Shown here: positions 8,158 through 17,076 of the stretch, one piece after another
Position numbering within the stretch: the first letter of the stretch is position 1
How the letters are laid out: each line of letters starts with the position of its first letter
Origin: a virus
Length of the DNA: 64,000 nucleotides
Strand: one strand, 5' to 3'
Virus record (IMG/VR): IMGVR_UViG_3300029171_000001
The notes under the pieces: model-generated
The model's database searches: none
What the model saw: only the letters and a program-made list of their open reading frames with translations
What the model was told of the DNA's origin: nothing
Translations under genes and position numbers: made by a program

Positions 8158-8513
8158 TCCCCCTCTAAGTCAAATGTTTTCCAAGGATTAAATGGAAGTT
8201 TTTTTCTTTCTTTCTCACTGATAACTTTACAATTCTTTATCCAGGCTTTTGCTGATATAATCTCATATTTCTTCGCCAATGCAACACATTCTTCGATTGA
8301 TGTTACATCAAAATCACAAAATGTGCCAAGTCTTTTTGAAAATTCAATTTGTCCGCCTTCTAAGTCAAATGTGTTCCAGGGCTCACATGGCAATTTTTTT
8401 TCTTCTTTCCCACCAACGTTTTTATATTTTTTTATCCAATCAGCTGAAGATACAATACCGTATTTTTTTGATAATACAACACATTCTTCGATTGAAGATA
8501 CGTCATACACATC
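7150..8513 (-). repeat. seven tandem 195-bp coding repeats (integrase-repeat-like LPxxPW unit)
   Basis: DVSSIEECV...KKLPxxPWxTFxLxGG unit; span 1364 nt = 7x195-1. Confidence 0.9.
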
Positions 8514-9998
8514 GCCTTTTAGCACATCTAATGCTTCTCCCAAAGTTGTCATCGCATACCGATCATTCCCACAAATCAAATTTTCGTGATCGTCCACAAA
8601 CATCTTCACCAGGTCCATTGCCATAAAACCATTTAATGGCTTCATAGTAATTTGACCATCAGAACCAACTGATTTTACATTTCCACGAACAGATAAATCA
8701 TTTTTTTCACTTTCTTCTATATCTGGAAATGAAATATCTGGCATAACAATACCTCTAAAATTCTTTCCATTAAACTTTTCAAGATTCTCTGTAGCTGCCA
8801 GCATAATTGCCGCAGTCATGATTTGCATTGTATATTTAGGAATACCTTCAGCATTTGATGTGACTTTAAGATATAATTTAGAATTTGGATTATTTTTATC
8901 CTTCCGTGTTGCTCTACAAAACATCTGATAAATCAGATCAATATTATGCGTCAATGTTAAGTCGATGATATTTGCAATAGTTTCATCATCATAACCTTCC
9001 CTAGCCCTATTTACCACACACAAAAACGGAAATTTTCCTTTTTTAAAATCTTCTAAATTTAAAGACTTATCATCATTTTCAGAGTGTGAAACATGAATTT
9101 TACAATGAAATAAATTTTCTAAAATTTTGGCCACCTGGTCAGCTTGTTCCTTTCTACGACACATAATAAGAGTTTTACCAAATTTACTACTCTTAATAAG
9201 TTTTTTCGCTTCTTTAATACAATCTGCAGTCTTTGGCAATGTAATTCCAAGTCTTAGTGCGATATTCCTAACAGCGCCCACAATGACATTGTGCACTGTC
9301 GTTTCAGTCTGAGCAAATGAAAACTTTACATCTTCTGAAATATCATGAGTTCGATTATAATCTTCTGCAGTAAATTTATAGGCTGATTTTATGAGATCAA
9401 ATCTCACATCATGAAAGTGCTCAAACCCAATTTTATCCATACCAATTGCGAGAATTTTATATGGAGGTTCCTGTCCATCTCGTTCAGCAATATTGTTTTT
9501 TAAAATGAATTTTGATGGTGTACCTGTAAGAAACAATTCTAACTTCGGATTTGTAATGTCAAGTATTTGTTGATAGCTGCCGTTATCTACTAAAACATTA
9601 TGTTGAGCCTCATCCACCACCAAAAGATCAAACTCTTCTTGGATATGACGAAGATTCTGAGGTATCATCACTTGAACCATTGCATCAAAATTATGTCTAC
9701 GTTTTCCTTCCATAATTGCAATGTCCTCTTCATGAAAATACTTTTGCAAACGTTCATAAAAGTTTTTCTTGAGAACGTTTGTAAGATGAGCTAATATAAG
9801 CACCTTTTTAACCAAACCCATTTCATAAAGACGAATTATGGCTTCAATAGCCATCTCAGTTTTTCCAGAAGATGGTGCGCTACCCAATACAAAAGGTATG
9901 TAAGAATTGAAATTATTTATTATTTCAGCAACTAACGGTTCCTGATAATTTCTCATCACAGGACGTTGATTTAGTGTTAGTTTATTAAGAGTAGCCAT
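8043..9998 (-). CDS. superfamily-2 DExH helicase plus two repeats (5' half of split gene)
   Basis: GSAPSSGKT, VVDEAQH, LTGTP, QMFCRATR; frame lost at G5 run 8159-8163. Confidence 0.85.
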   Translation of the reverse strand: MATLNKLTLNQRPVMRNYQEPLVAEIINNFNSYIPFVLGSAPSSGKTEMAIEAIIRLYEMGLVKKVLILAHLTNVLKKNFYERLQKYFHEEDIAIMEGKRRHNFDAMVQVMIPQNLRHIQEEFDLLVVDEAQHNVLVDNGSYQQILDITNPKLELFLTGTPSKFILKNNIAERDGQEPPYKILAIGMDKIGFEHFHDVRFDLIKSAYKFTAEDYNRTHDISEDVKFSFAQTETTVHNVIVGAVRNIALRLGITLPKTADCIKEAKKLIKSSKFGKTLIMCRRKEQADQVAKILENLFHCKIHVSHSENDDKSLNLEDFKKGKFPFLCVVNRAREGYDDETIANIIDLTLTHNIDLIYQMFCRATRKDKNNPNSKLYLKVTSNAEGIPKYTMQIMTAAIMLAATENLEKFNGKNFRGIVMPDISFPDIEESEKNDLSVRGNVKSVGSDGQITMKPLNGFMAMDLVKMFVDDHENLICGNDRYAMTTLGEALDVLKGDVYDVSSIEECVVLSKKYGIVSSADWIKKYKNVGGKEEKKLPCEPWNTFDLEGGQIEFSKRLGTFCDFDVTSIEECVALAKKYEIISAKAWIKNCKVISEKERKKLPFNPWKTFDLEGEWLNFQCYSMVPMILMQHQSKNVSHWQRNMRLYQQKLG

Positions 9999-10200
9999 AA
10001 AGTTTTTCTAGTTATTGCAAAGATAAGAATTTTTATACAAACCATTTAAATAACTATACAAACTTGGAATTATGATCAAAAACCTATATATTTCTCACAT
10101 GAGCACTCAAAAAACCTATACAAAGATCAGCATCTTTGTAGCTATAATAACAGATATATAAAAAAAGACAACATTATTTAATGTTGTCTTTTTAAAAATA

Positions 10201-10395
10201 CTACCACCCCTCTTTGGTGGCTGCACCTGCGGCAATCGCTGCTTCCGCAGTCGCTTTACTCATAATTAAGGACATTTTATGTCCTTCAGGAGATGTGCCA
10301 CGACAAATATAGCCGCCTTTAGCTGTTAATCCAATGACTGGATTACTCATAACAGCTTTCGCTTTTAATTTCAAACAATACGCTTCAATAATCAT
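10201..10395 (-). CDS. DUF5679-like small protein
   Basis: EAYCLK...M.NP...KG...GHKM pattern; ends TAG. Confidence 0.55.
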   Translation of the reverse strand: MIIEAYCLKLKAKAVMSNPVIGLTAKGGYICRGTSPEGHKMSLIMSKATAEAAIAAGAATKEGW

Positions 10396-10446
10396 AGTTT
10401 TAAGTTTTAATTGGTTAATAATAAATATTAACCTTTTTCCTTAAAA

Positions 10447-10647
10447 CTACCCTAAAATTTTCACCTCAATATCATTGCCGTAATTAGTCACTTTTATATC
10501 CACAGTTTTATGTGGAATTAATATCAAATTCTTCTTTTGATATTTATCACTCCAACTGCATTGACTTTTTACTTGATCTTCTGTCAAGTCTTTATCAATA
10601 ACGACAAGATTGTCATCACTGGTTATTTCGCAAAGTAAATATTTCAT
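10447..10647 (-). CDS. hypothetical protein
   Basis: 66-aa ORF, ends TAG. Confidence 0.6.
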   Translation of the reverse strand: MKYLLCEITSDDNLVVIDKDLTEDQVKSQCSWSDKYQKKNLILIPHKTVDIKVTNYGNDIEVKILG

Positions 10648-10690
10648 CTTTTAATCCTAATAGTTTTTTACAAAAATATGAATTGAAATA

Positions 10691-10999
10691 TTAATTAGCT
10701 CTCTCCCAGTTCGGCGTATAATTATATTCTGGCGTTTCATAAAATTGTGGCATTCCACTATAATACCCACCTGGATTTTTCATGTGTCCAACATTAAAAA
10801 CCCCAACTTCTTCATCTCCTGGCGGATTAATATTACTATTTTCCACACGAATCTTAAATGAATAATATTCTTCGTCAGAATTATCTTCTAAAATTGTTAC
10901 ATCAGCGAGAAAAACAGACATTGGTCCAATTTCTTCTTTGTATTGATAGGTTTTACCGATTTCAATAAAATCCCATCCTCCATCGTTTGGTCTTGACAT
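10691..10999 (-). CDS. hypothetical protein
   Basis: 102-aa ORF in operon. Confidence 0.7.
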   Translation of the reverse strand: MSRPNDGGWDFIEIGKTYQYKEEIGPMSVFLADVTILEDNSDEEYYSFKIRVENSNINPPGDEEVGVFNVGHMKNPGGYYSGMPQFYETPEYNYTPNWERAN

Positions 11000-11015
11000 T
11001 GTTTATTTGTTTTAG

Positions 11016-11474
11016 TTATTTTGCACCTGTAGATCCAAACCCTCCAGCTCCACGATCAGTAGATTCAAGCTCTTCAACAGAGTTTACTTCTTCAATTTCT
11101 GCAACTTCATGTTTTGCAAAAACCATTTGAGCGATTCTTTCACCATTTTCAATTTTTACATAACTATTTGTGGAATTGTAAAGAATTACTTTTACTTCTC
11201 CACGATAGTCACTATCAATTGTTCCTGGTGTATTCAACACTGTTAACCCCTTTTTTGCAGCCAATCCACTACGTGGCCTAACTTGACCTTCATAACCAAC
11301 AGGTATTTGCATAAACAAACCAGTTGGAACAATTTCTCTTCCAAATGGACCTATTACCAATCCATTTTCATGTTCTTCTAAATCTAAGTTTGCTTTTAAG
11401 TCAAATCCAGCGGCACCTGCAGTTGCATAGGCTGGCATTTCATGTTTGGATTTGTTTACAATTTTTAGTTTCAT
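11016..11474 (-). CDS. dut: trimeric dUTPase
   Basis: AAGFDL, RPRSGLA, GTIDSDYRGE, ERIAQ, RGAGGFGSTG. Confidence 0.97.
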   Translation of the reverse strand: MKLKIVNKSKHEMPAYATAGAAGFDLKANLDLEEHENGLVIGPFGREIVPTGLFMQIPVGYEGQVRPRSGLAAKKGLTVLNTPGTIDSDYRGEVKVILYNSTNSYVKIENGERIAQMVFAKHEVAEIEEVNSVEELESTDRGAGGFGSTGAK

Positions 11475-11489
11475 ATTTGTCTTAGGTTT

Positions 11490-12896
11490 TTAAAAATGTT
11501 TAAAGTTTTGATCATTATTTGTTTTTGGGTGCATAATTTCATTCCAATCAAGAGAGCTTTTCTTATTGCTATTTGAAGTTTCAAAACCAACTGGGTTCAT
11601 TCTCTCTTTGGAAATACTTTCTTCGTCTGCCATTTCATACACTTCTTTTAAATCTCTATTTAGATCTTCCACGAGTTTTACAAGTGTATCAACACTAATT
11701 TTTTCAACCTTTTTGGAAACAGCATATGACATAATTGCTTCAGATAAATTTTTGATTTGCGCACCAGTCATTGTACCGCCCTCTTTATCAACAATCACTT
11801 TTTCATAAACCTGTTTTAAGATTTCTTCAACAGTTTTTTCTCCATCTTTTTTTGAATCAAATAAAATTCCGTCAAAATAATGTTTAACACAAAGAATAGA
11901 ATGAACTTCATCAAGAGCTCCAAACTTTATAATCTTATCAATACGGCCAGGGCGCTTTAAAATACGTGGCTCAATGGCTTTTGGATAATTTGTTGTCATA
12001 ATTGTGTAACAACCTTTCTCTGTTTTTGGTTGATTAATGCCATCCAAAAAATTCAACACACCAGAATCTCTCCAAGGTATTGTTGTCTCAGCATCTTCTA
12101 AAATAATTAGAGTTGGCATTTTTGCTTTTGACACTTTAAATGTATGCATCATAAGTGCTTGTAAATCTGTTGCAACAACGACACACATATGTTTGGAATA
12201 TTCCTGGGCCAATAGCATGGCTGCACTTGTTTTACCACCACCAGGCTCACCAACAAGTAGCATTCTTCTAGAGCCTGGTTGAGAAAAACGTGTATAATAA
12301 CTTACGTTATCAAAAAACTGTTTTACTTCTTCCGAAATCAAAGATTGATTTTGATGAAATACAACATTTTTCTTATAATCTTTTGGTTTAATTGTTTCAT
12401 AATTCAAAACAGCCCCAAGTCCTGGAATATTCCTTACCGTAATTTTATGTAATCCAATTTTTGGTTTTGAATTTACCTTGGCTTGTTTGTGTAGGTATTT
12501 GTAGTATTTATTAATTGTTTCTCTAGAAGAGACACCACAAGTTTCTACAACTGAATTTCTTCCAATTCCAACAATTCTTTGTGCGTAATAAATGTAAGAA
12601 TCGTCATTAAACGTGATTTTAAACATGCCAGATTCAGACTTGAAGTTTAGCATTCTCGTTTTAATATCAAAATCATGATTAAGCACCATGTTTGGAAGAA
12701 GGTCGTTTTTTACTGACTCTAAATTAATAGGTGCAAATTCTTTTGATTTTGTTTTTTTTACAATTTCTTTTCTTAACGCAATTGGGTCTATCGCAAAATC
12801 TAACAAAGCAACTGGAAAATCTTTGTTTCCATCGTCATGAAACTTTCCCCTTAATGCTTTGATAATTTGATCTCGCATGTTTTTTGATTCTGCCAT
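11490..12896 (-). CDS. AAA+ ATPase
   Basis: GEPGGGKT, IILEDAE, TTNYP, RPGRID; start re-set to MAESK. Confidence 0.85.
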   Translation of the reverse strand: MAESKNMRDQIIKALRGKFHDDGNKDFPVALLDFAIDPIALRKEIVKKTKSKEFAPINLESVKNDLLPNMVLNHDFDIKTRMLNFKSESGMFKITFNDDSYIYYAQRIVGIGRNSVVETCGVSSRETINKYYKYLHKQAKVNSKPKIGLHKITVRNIPGLGAVLNYETIKPKDYKKNVVFHQNQSLISEEVKQFFDNVSYYTRFSQPGSRRMLLVGEPGGGKTSAAMLLAQEYSKHMCVVVATDLQALMMHTFKVSKAKMPTLIILEDAETTIPWRDSGVLNFLDGINQPKTEKGCYTIMTTNYPKAIEPRILKRPGRIDKIIKFGALDEVHSILCVKHYFDGILFDSKKDGEKTVEEILKQVYEKVIVDKEGGTMTGAQIKNLSEAIMSYAVSKKVEKISVDTLVKLVEDLNRDLKEVYEMADEESISKERMNPVGFETSNSNKKSSLDWNEIMHPKTNNDQNFKHF

Positions 12897-12999
12897 AATG
12901 TTGTGTTTAGTGTTGTGCGAATATACGGCAAAAAATATAAAAAACAAAAAACCCAGATAGATTTTAACTACCTGGGTTTTAAGTATTTTGATTTAAAAA

Positions 13000-13479
13000 C
13001 TAAAAGCTCTTTGTAAGCCCGATGCTAACATAATTGGTTCTTGACCAATTACTGTACTGAATAAAATAACCAAAACTGTTTGGCATATAACAGAAACCAG
13101 CGCCATATTCAATAAATACTGGTAACCCACTTTCGCCGTAGGCACCAACACCAAACAAACCATATAAACTTGTAACATCAGAAATTGATTTTGACACAGA
13201 TGTTTTAAGTTCAAAAAATGGTCTTGTAGAAGATGAAACAAAAATGTTTTCATAACCAAGCACAAGTCCTAAGCTAACATTTTTACCCATTACACCACCT
13301 TCAATAGACGGGTATGAAGCCTTGTTAAATGTGTTGATTGCGTCGTCGCTAGGATCTACATGTCCAATTGATAAACCGACTGAGAAGTATGGCTTCAATT
13401 TTATTTTTGTCGAATCTGTTTGTGCATATGAGCACAGGCTAATCAGAAGAGCCACCATGATTGTGATCGTTTTTTTCAT
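13000..13479 (-). CDS. secreted, probable outer-membrane beta-barrel-like protein
   Basis: Signal peptide, alternating beta-strand pattern, C-terminal Phe. Confidence 0.55.
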   Translation of the reverse strand: MKKTITIMVALLISLCSYAQTDSTKIKLKPYFSVGLSIGHVDPSDDAINTFNKASYPSIEGGVMGKNVSLGLVLGYENIFVSSSTRPFFELKTSVSKSISDVTSLYGLFGVGAYGESGLPVFIEYGAGFCYMPNSFGYFIQYSNWSRTNYVSIGLTKSF

Positions 13480-13499
13480 TTGTTTTTTATTTTTATTGA

Positions 13500-13898
13500 T
13501 TACTTTTCTTCCCGTATAATAGAGCGCCCAGCTTCCAAAATGGGCATATTTGCCTCTGTAGGAATATACATCACTTTTGGATTTTTATCAATATTGTCAA
13601 TCCAAAGCCAGTGAAGATATTCTGGGTTATTTTTAAGAGAGTGTCCAATAATTTGATTGCTTCTCGCAATTCCATGAGCTCTAACCGTATCAGCACCAGC
13701 ATATTTTGAAGCTGATTCATATACAGCATTTGCTTCTTGAATTTTTATTTGTCTGTTTTGTGTAGCTCTAGCAAGCTCTGCTTCACCCTCCAAATTTTGT
13801 TGATACACACTATACCGTGGGCAGCCCCACATACCAAGCATAGTTAAGAGTAGTACAAAAATAGAAATTTTAATTGCGTTATTTACGATTGTGTTCAT
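13500..13898 (-). CDS. SPFH/band-7-like short membrane protein
   Basis: TM segment, then GEAELARA..., SL..NPEYL.WLWI, YIPTE tail. Confidence 0.55.
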   Translation of the reverse strand: MNTIVNNAIKISIFVLLLTMLGMWGCPRYSVYQQNLEGEAELARATQNRQIKIQEANAVYESASKYAGADTVRAHGIARSNQIIGHSLKNNPEYLHWLWIDNIDKNPKVMYIPTEANMPILEAGRSIIREEK

Positions 13899-13929
13899 GC
13901 CTTTTTTTTAAGATTAACAAATGTACTAT

Positions 13930-14481
13930 TTATTTTTCAATTGAAGAAATCAGTTTAGCAAATTCCAATAAACCGATTTGATCATCTATGTGATAACAAT
14001 CAACATATCTTTCAACTTGCAATTTACCAGAATTGCACAACTCAGCCATTTCACCACGATTTATTGAAATGTATTCTTTTTTCAATAATTCATAATACTC
14101 CTTCTTAAAACCAAGAGCTATTAATTTTTCATCCAACTCCTCATTATAAACAGGTTGAGATACATAATCATCTGGAGAAATACCACCAGCATGACCACCA
14201 GCTCTTACAGTTAAACCCAAAATTTCTTTATTTGTTGGGTGTTTTTTGTTGTGTAATTCAAGAGCCAAGTTAAGAGGCAATCCAACTTCTTCATCAGATA
14301 CACTTGCACTCCAATAATACCAACGCCTTGAAAATGTCCATTTGCCTATTTTGCCAACATAAGAAAACGGGACTTCCCCATTACTTCTTTCAACTTTTAC
14401 TGCTGGTATTCCAGCTAAATATAATTCTTCCAATATGGTAGAATCTGCTTCTTTTATTCCTGCTAAATTTTTCATAATCAA
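13930..14481 (-). CDS. hypothetical protein
   Basis: 183-aa ORF. Confidence 0.75.
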   Translation of the reverse strand: MIMKNLAGIKEADSTILEELYLAGIPAVKVERSNGEVPFSYVGKIGKWTFSRRWYYWSASVSDEEVGLPLNLALELHNKKHPTNKEILGLTVRAGGHAGGISPDDYVSQPVYNEELDEKLIALGFKKEYYELLKKEYISINRGEMAELCNSGKLQVERYVDCYHIDDQIGLLEFAKLISSIEK

Positions 14482-14768
14482 TGTCTAATATTTGAAGGTG
14501 CGTATGAATTTGTGATTTTGTCAGTTAATTGTATACTTTCATATTTTTCTGAATCATATTCAACGGTAGTTTTTATAATTTCAGATATTGTAATTAATTC
14601 CACGCTGGGCTTTCCATCAATTGTCTTCTTTTTTTGTTCTGCAATAAAAATTTGCTTATTCTCAAGAAGCTTTTCTTTAGTATTTGCTTCCACATGCGTA
14701 GAAAAAATACTACCAAAGGAATAATACACACTTATATTCAACCTATATCTAACATGTTTTTTTATCAT
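14478..14768 (-). CDS. hypothetical protein
   Basis: 96-aa ORF overlapping neighbours by 4 nt. Confidence 0.65.
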   Translation of the reverse strand: MIKKHVRYRLNISVYYSFGSIFSTHVEANTKEKLLENKQIFIAEQKKKTIDGKPSVELITISEIIKTTVEYDSEKYESIQLTDKITNSYAPSNIRH

Positions 14769-14771
14769 GAT

Positions 14772-15650
14772 TTAAAGTACTGGGAAAAGTCCATAAATTT
14801 CATCCACAAGAGTTCTAAACACTGGGGATTTATCAATATCTGGTCTCCACGCTAAACCTCTTTCTATAAGGTCATACTCTTTCACAATATTTGCCCCAGG
14901 AATAACTTCACCCTGTTCTGTTCTTTGACGACCCATAACCCAAAGTGTGTCGGAGATCACACAAGTTGCAAAGATATCGTGAGATACAACAATAATTGTG
15001 TTCAACTCATGCATGTTTGCAACTTTCAAAATCAAATTTGATACCTTTTTAATCATTACTGGATCCAACCCAGAAAAAGGTTCATCCATCAACAAGAAAT
15101 TGTTTGAGCACAGAATTTGTTGAGCAATAGCAACCCTTTGTTTTTGACCACCAGATAATTGAGCTGGATAGTAATTTCTCCTCTTATCCATGTCAAACTC
15201 TTGTAAAATGCTTGTGATGCGATCTTCACGCTCTGTTTTGTTTTTGTACTTAATCGCTGCTGCCACATTAAGGTTTCCTTGTACAGTCCTGTGTTCAAAC
15301 AGCGGATAAGATTGTTGAATTACGCCGACTCTTCCAAGTTTCACTGGTTCCTGCTCTTGACCAACAAAAATCTTTCCAAATGCGTGTTCTTTATTATCAA
15401 GTGGCATGATACCAGATAAAAGTTCAAAAAACTTTGTTTTACCAACACCTGATGGACCTAACAATCCCACAATTTGACCCTGGGTAACATCTGGTCTAAC
15501 AATATCTTTAATTTCGATATTAATATCTTTTAGAATAAGATTACCACCCCTTGAAACAAGTTGCCCTTTTTCTTTTACCATCTCATTACCAAGTGTAAGA
15601 GATACGTTCTCTACCTTGAGTATTGTTTCTTTTCTTTCGTAAGTATACAT
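14772..15650 (-). CDS. ABC transporter ATP-binding protein (NitT/TauT type)
   Basis: GPSGVGKT, LSGGQKQR, LLMDEPF, VSHD. Confidence 0.93.
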   Translation of the reverse strand: MYTYERKETILKVENVSLTLGNEMVKEKGQLVSRGGNLILKDINIEIKDIVRPDVTQGQIVGLLGPSGVGKTKFFELLSGIMPLDNKEHAFGKIFVGQEQEPVKLGRVGVIQQSYPLFEHRTVQGNLNVAAAIKYKNKTEREDRITSILQEFDMDKRRNYYPAQLSGGQKQRVAIAQQILCSNNFLLMDEPFSGLDPVMIKKVSNLILKVANMHELNTIIVVSHDIFATCVISDTLWVMGRQRTEQGEVIPGANIVKEYDLIERGLAWRPDIDKSPVFRTLVDEIYGLFPVL

Positions 15651-15652
15651 GT

Positions 15653-16471
15653 TTATGCTTTTTTGTTTTGAAGTTGGCTGTATGGGAAAAATATGTTACC
15701 AAGCACACCAAATAAGTAATCAATAAGAATACCAAATGCGAATAGACTTAATTGTGCCGCAAATAAACCATCAAGTTTTAAATGTTTACTGGCATTTAGC
15801 ATCATCACTCCAATACCACCCTCTGATCTCACAAGACCCTCAACAAATGTGAGCATTGTCCATACAATAGCGAAGTTGTTTTTAATGGCATTCCACATCT
15901 CGTGCGCTTTACCCAACACAACACGTTCAAAAAATATTCTCCACTCAAAACCAAATATGGTTCCTGCGTGGTTATATTCTACCTTAGTTACGCTATTAAC
16001 AACATTTGTCATTGAGTTAACAATAAAAGATGTCATACCAAATACAAGCAACTTTATTTTCAAATCATGCCCAGTGGTAGACATAAGTGTGAATATAAAT
16101 GACAATCCGATCATTGGTAAAAACCTTGTTTTTTCTGTCACAAAAGAGAACGACTTAAAAAAAGAAAGACTACTCAAATAAGACAACAACAACGAAATTA
16201 ATACTGATATTCCAAGAGCCTTAAAACATAGCGTTGCGCTTATAAACAAATCTTGTAATAAACCTTGTGTTCTCACCATATCAACCCAAGCAGAAAGTAT
16301 TTCTCCTGGACGTGGTATTAAAGGTGTTGACACATAAATCCAATACCATAATACCACAATGAGCTGTGCTCCAAACATCATAATCATTGATTGTTTACTT
16401 ATTGTTCGATATGGTGTAAACATATCTACAAATACTTGTAATCCTGGTTTAAGTTTTAATTTTGTTTGCAT
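15653..16471 (-). CDS. ABC transporter permease (NitT/TauT type)
   Basis: Six hydrophobic segments, SEGGIG motif, adjacent to the ATPase. Confidence 0.85.
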   Translation of the reverse strand: MQTKLKLKPGLQVFVDMFTPYRTISKQSMIMMFGAQLIVVLWYWIYVSTPLIPRPGEILSAWVDMVRTQGLLQDLFISATLCFKALGISVLISLLLSYLSSLSFFKSFSFVTEKTRFLPMIGLSFIFTLMSTTGHDLKIKLLVFGMTSFIVNSMTNVVNSVTKVEYNHAGTIFGFEWRIFFERVVLGKAHEMWNAIKNNFAIVWTMLTFVEGLVRSEGGIGVMMLNASKHLKLDGLFAAQLSLFAFGILIDYLFGVLGNIFFPYSQLQNKKA

Positions 16472-16472
16472 A

Positions 16473-16988
16473 TTATTTAATTATAAATTCGTTTAATTTT
16501 TCTACAAAATAGGGTTGCTCTTTTTTTAACCAAGGAACATTTTTAAAAAAATATTCTCCTGATCTCAACTCGACCTGCTCTTGGAATTCTTTTGGTTTTG
16601 CCTCTATAAGAGGCTTTAAGATCTCTGTTCTTTTGGATTGCCAAATGCTATATCTATACGAATACTCTTTATCAATTGATGCGTTGAATTCTTGAATCTC
16701 CTCTTTTTCTTTACGCATTTCCTCTGTTATTTGGTTTTTTCCCAAACCAGATGGCCACGGTTTTCTAGTCTTTCTTTCAGGTAAAATTCCGACATCAAAA
16801 GGATTCTCCTTGTTGTATAATGCAAACATATCATCAAATTCTTTACTCATGTTACGCAATCTATGGTAACGCTCCGTTAGATATTGCACAACACTGTTTG
16901 CCTCTTCCTCGCTTTCTTTAAAACCAATAGCCCTAGGTGATGATTCATAATCACAAGGGTTATTCATAATTAAAAAAACTTCTTTCAT
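16473..16988 (-). CDS. hypothetical protein
   Basis: 171-aa ORF. Confidence 0.7.
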   Translation of the reverse strand: MKEVFLIMNNPCDYESSPRAIGFKESEEEANSVVQYLTERYHRLRNMSKEFDDMFALYNKENPFDVGILPERKTRKPWPSGLGKNQITEEMRKEKEEIQEFNASIDKEYSYRYSIWQSKRTEILKPLIEAKPKEFQEQVELRSGEYFFKNVPWLKKEQPYFVEKLNEFIIK

Positions 16989-17076
16989 GATATATTATAC
17001 GCAAATATGACAAAAAGGTTACAATAAAAAAGGGTTTACAATTTTGTAAACCCTTTTTAAATTCAGCTTTTTAAAA

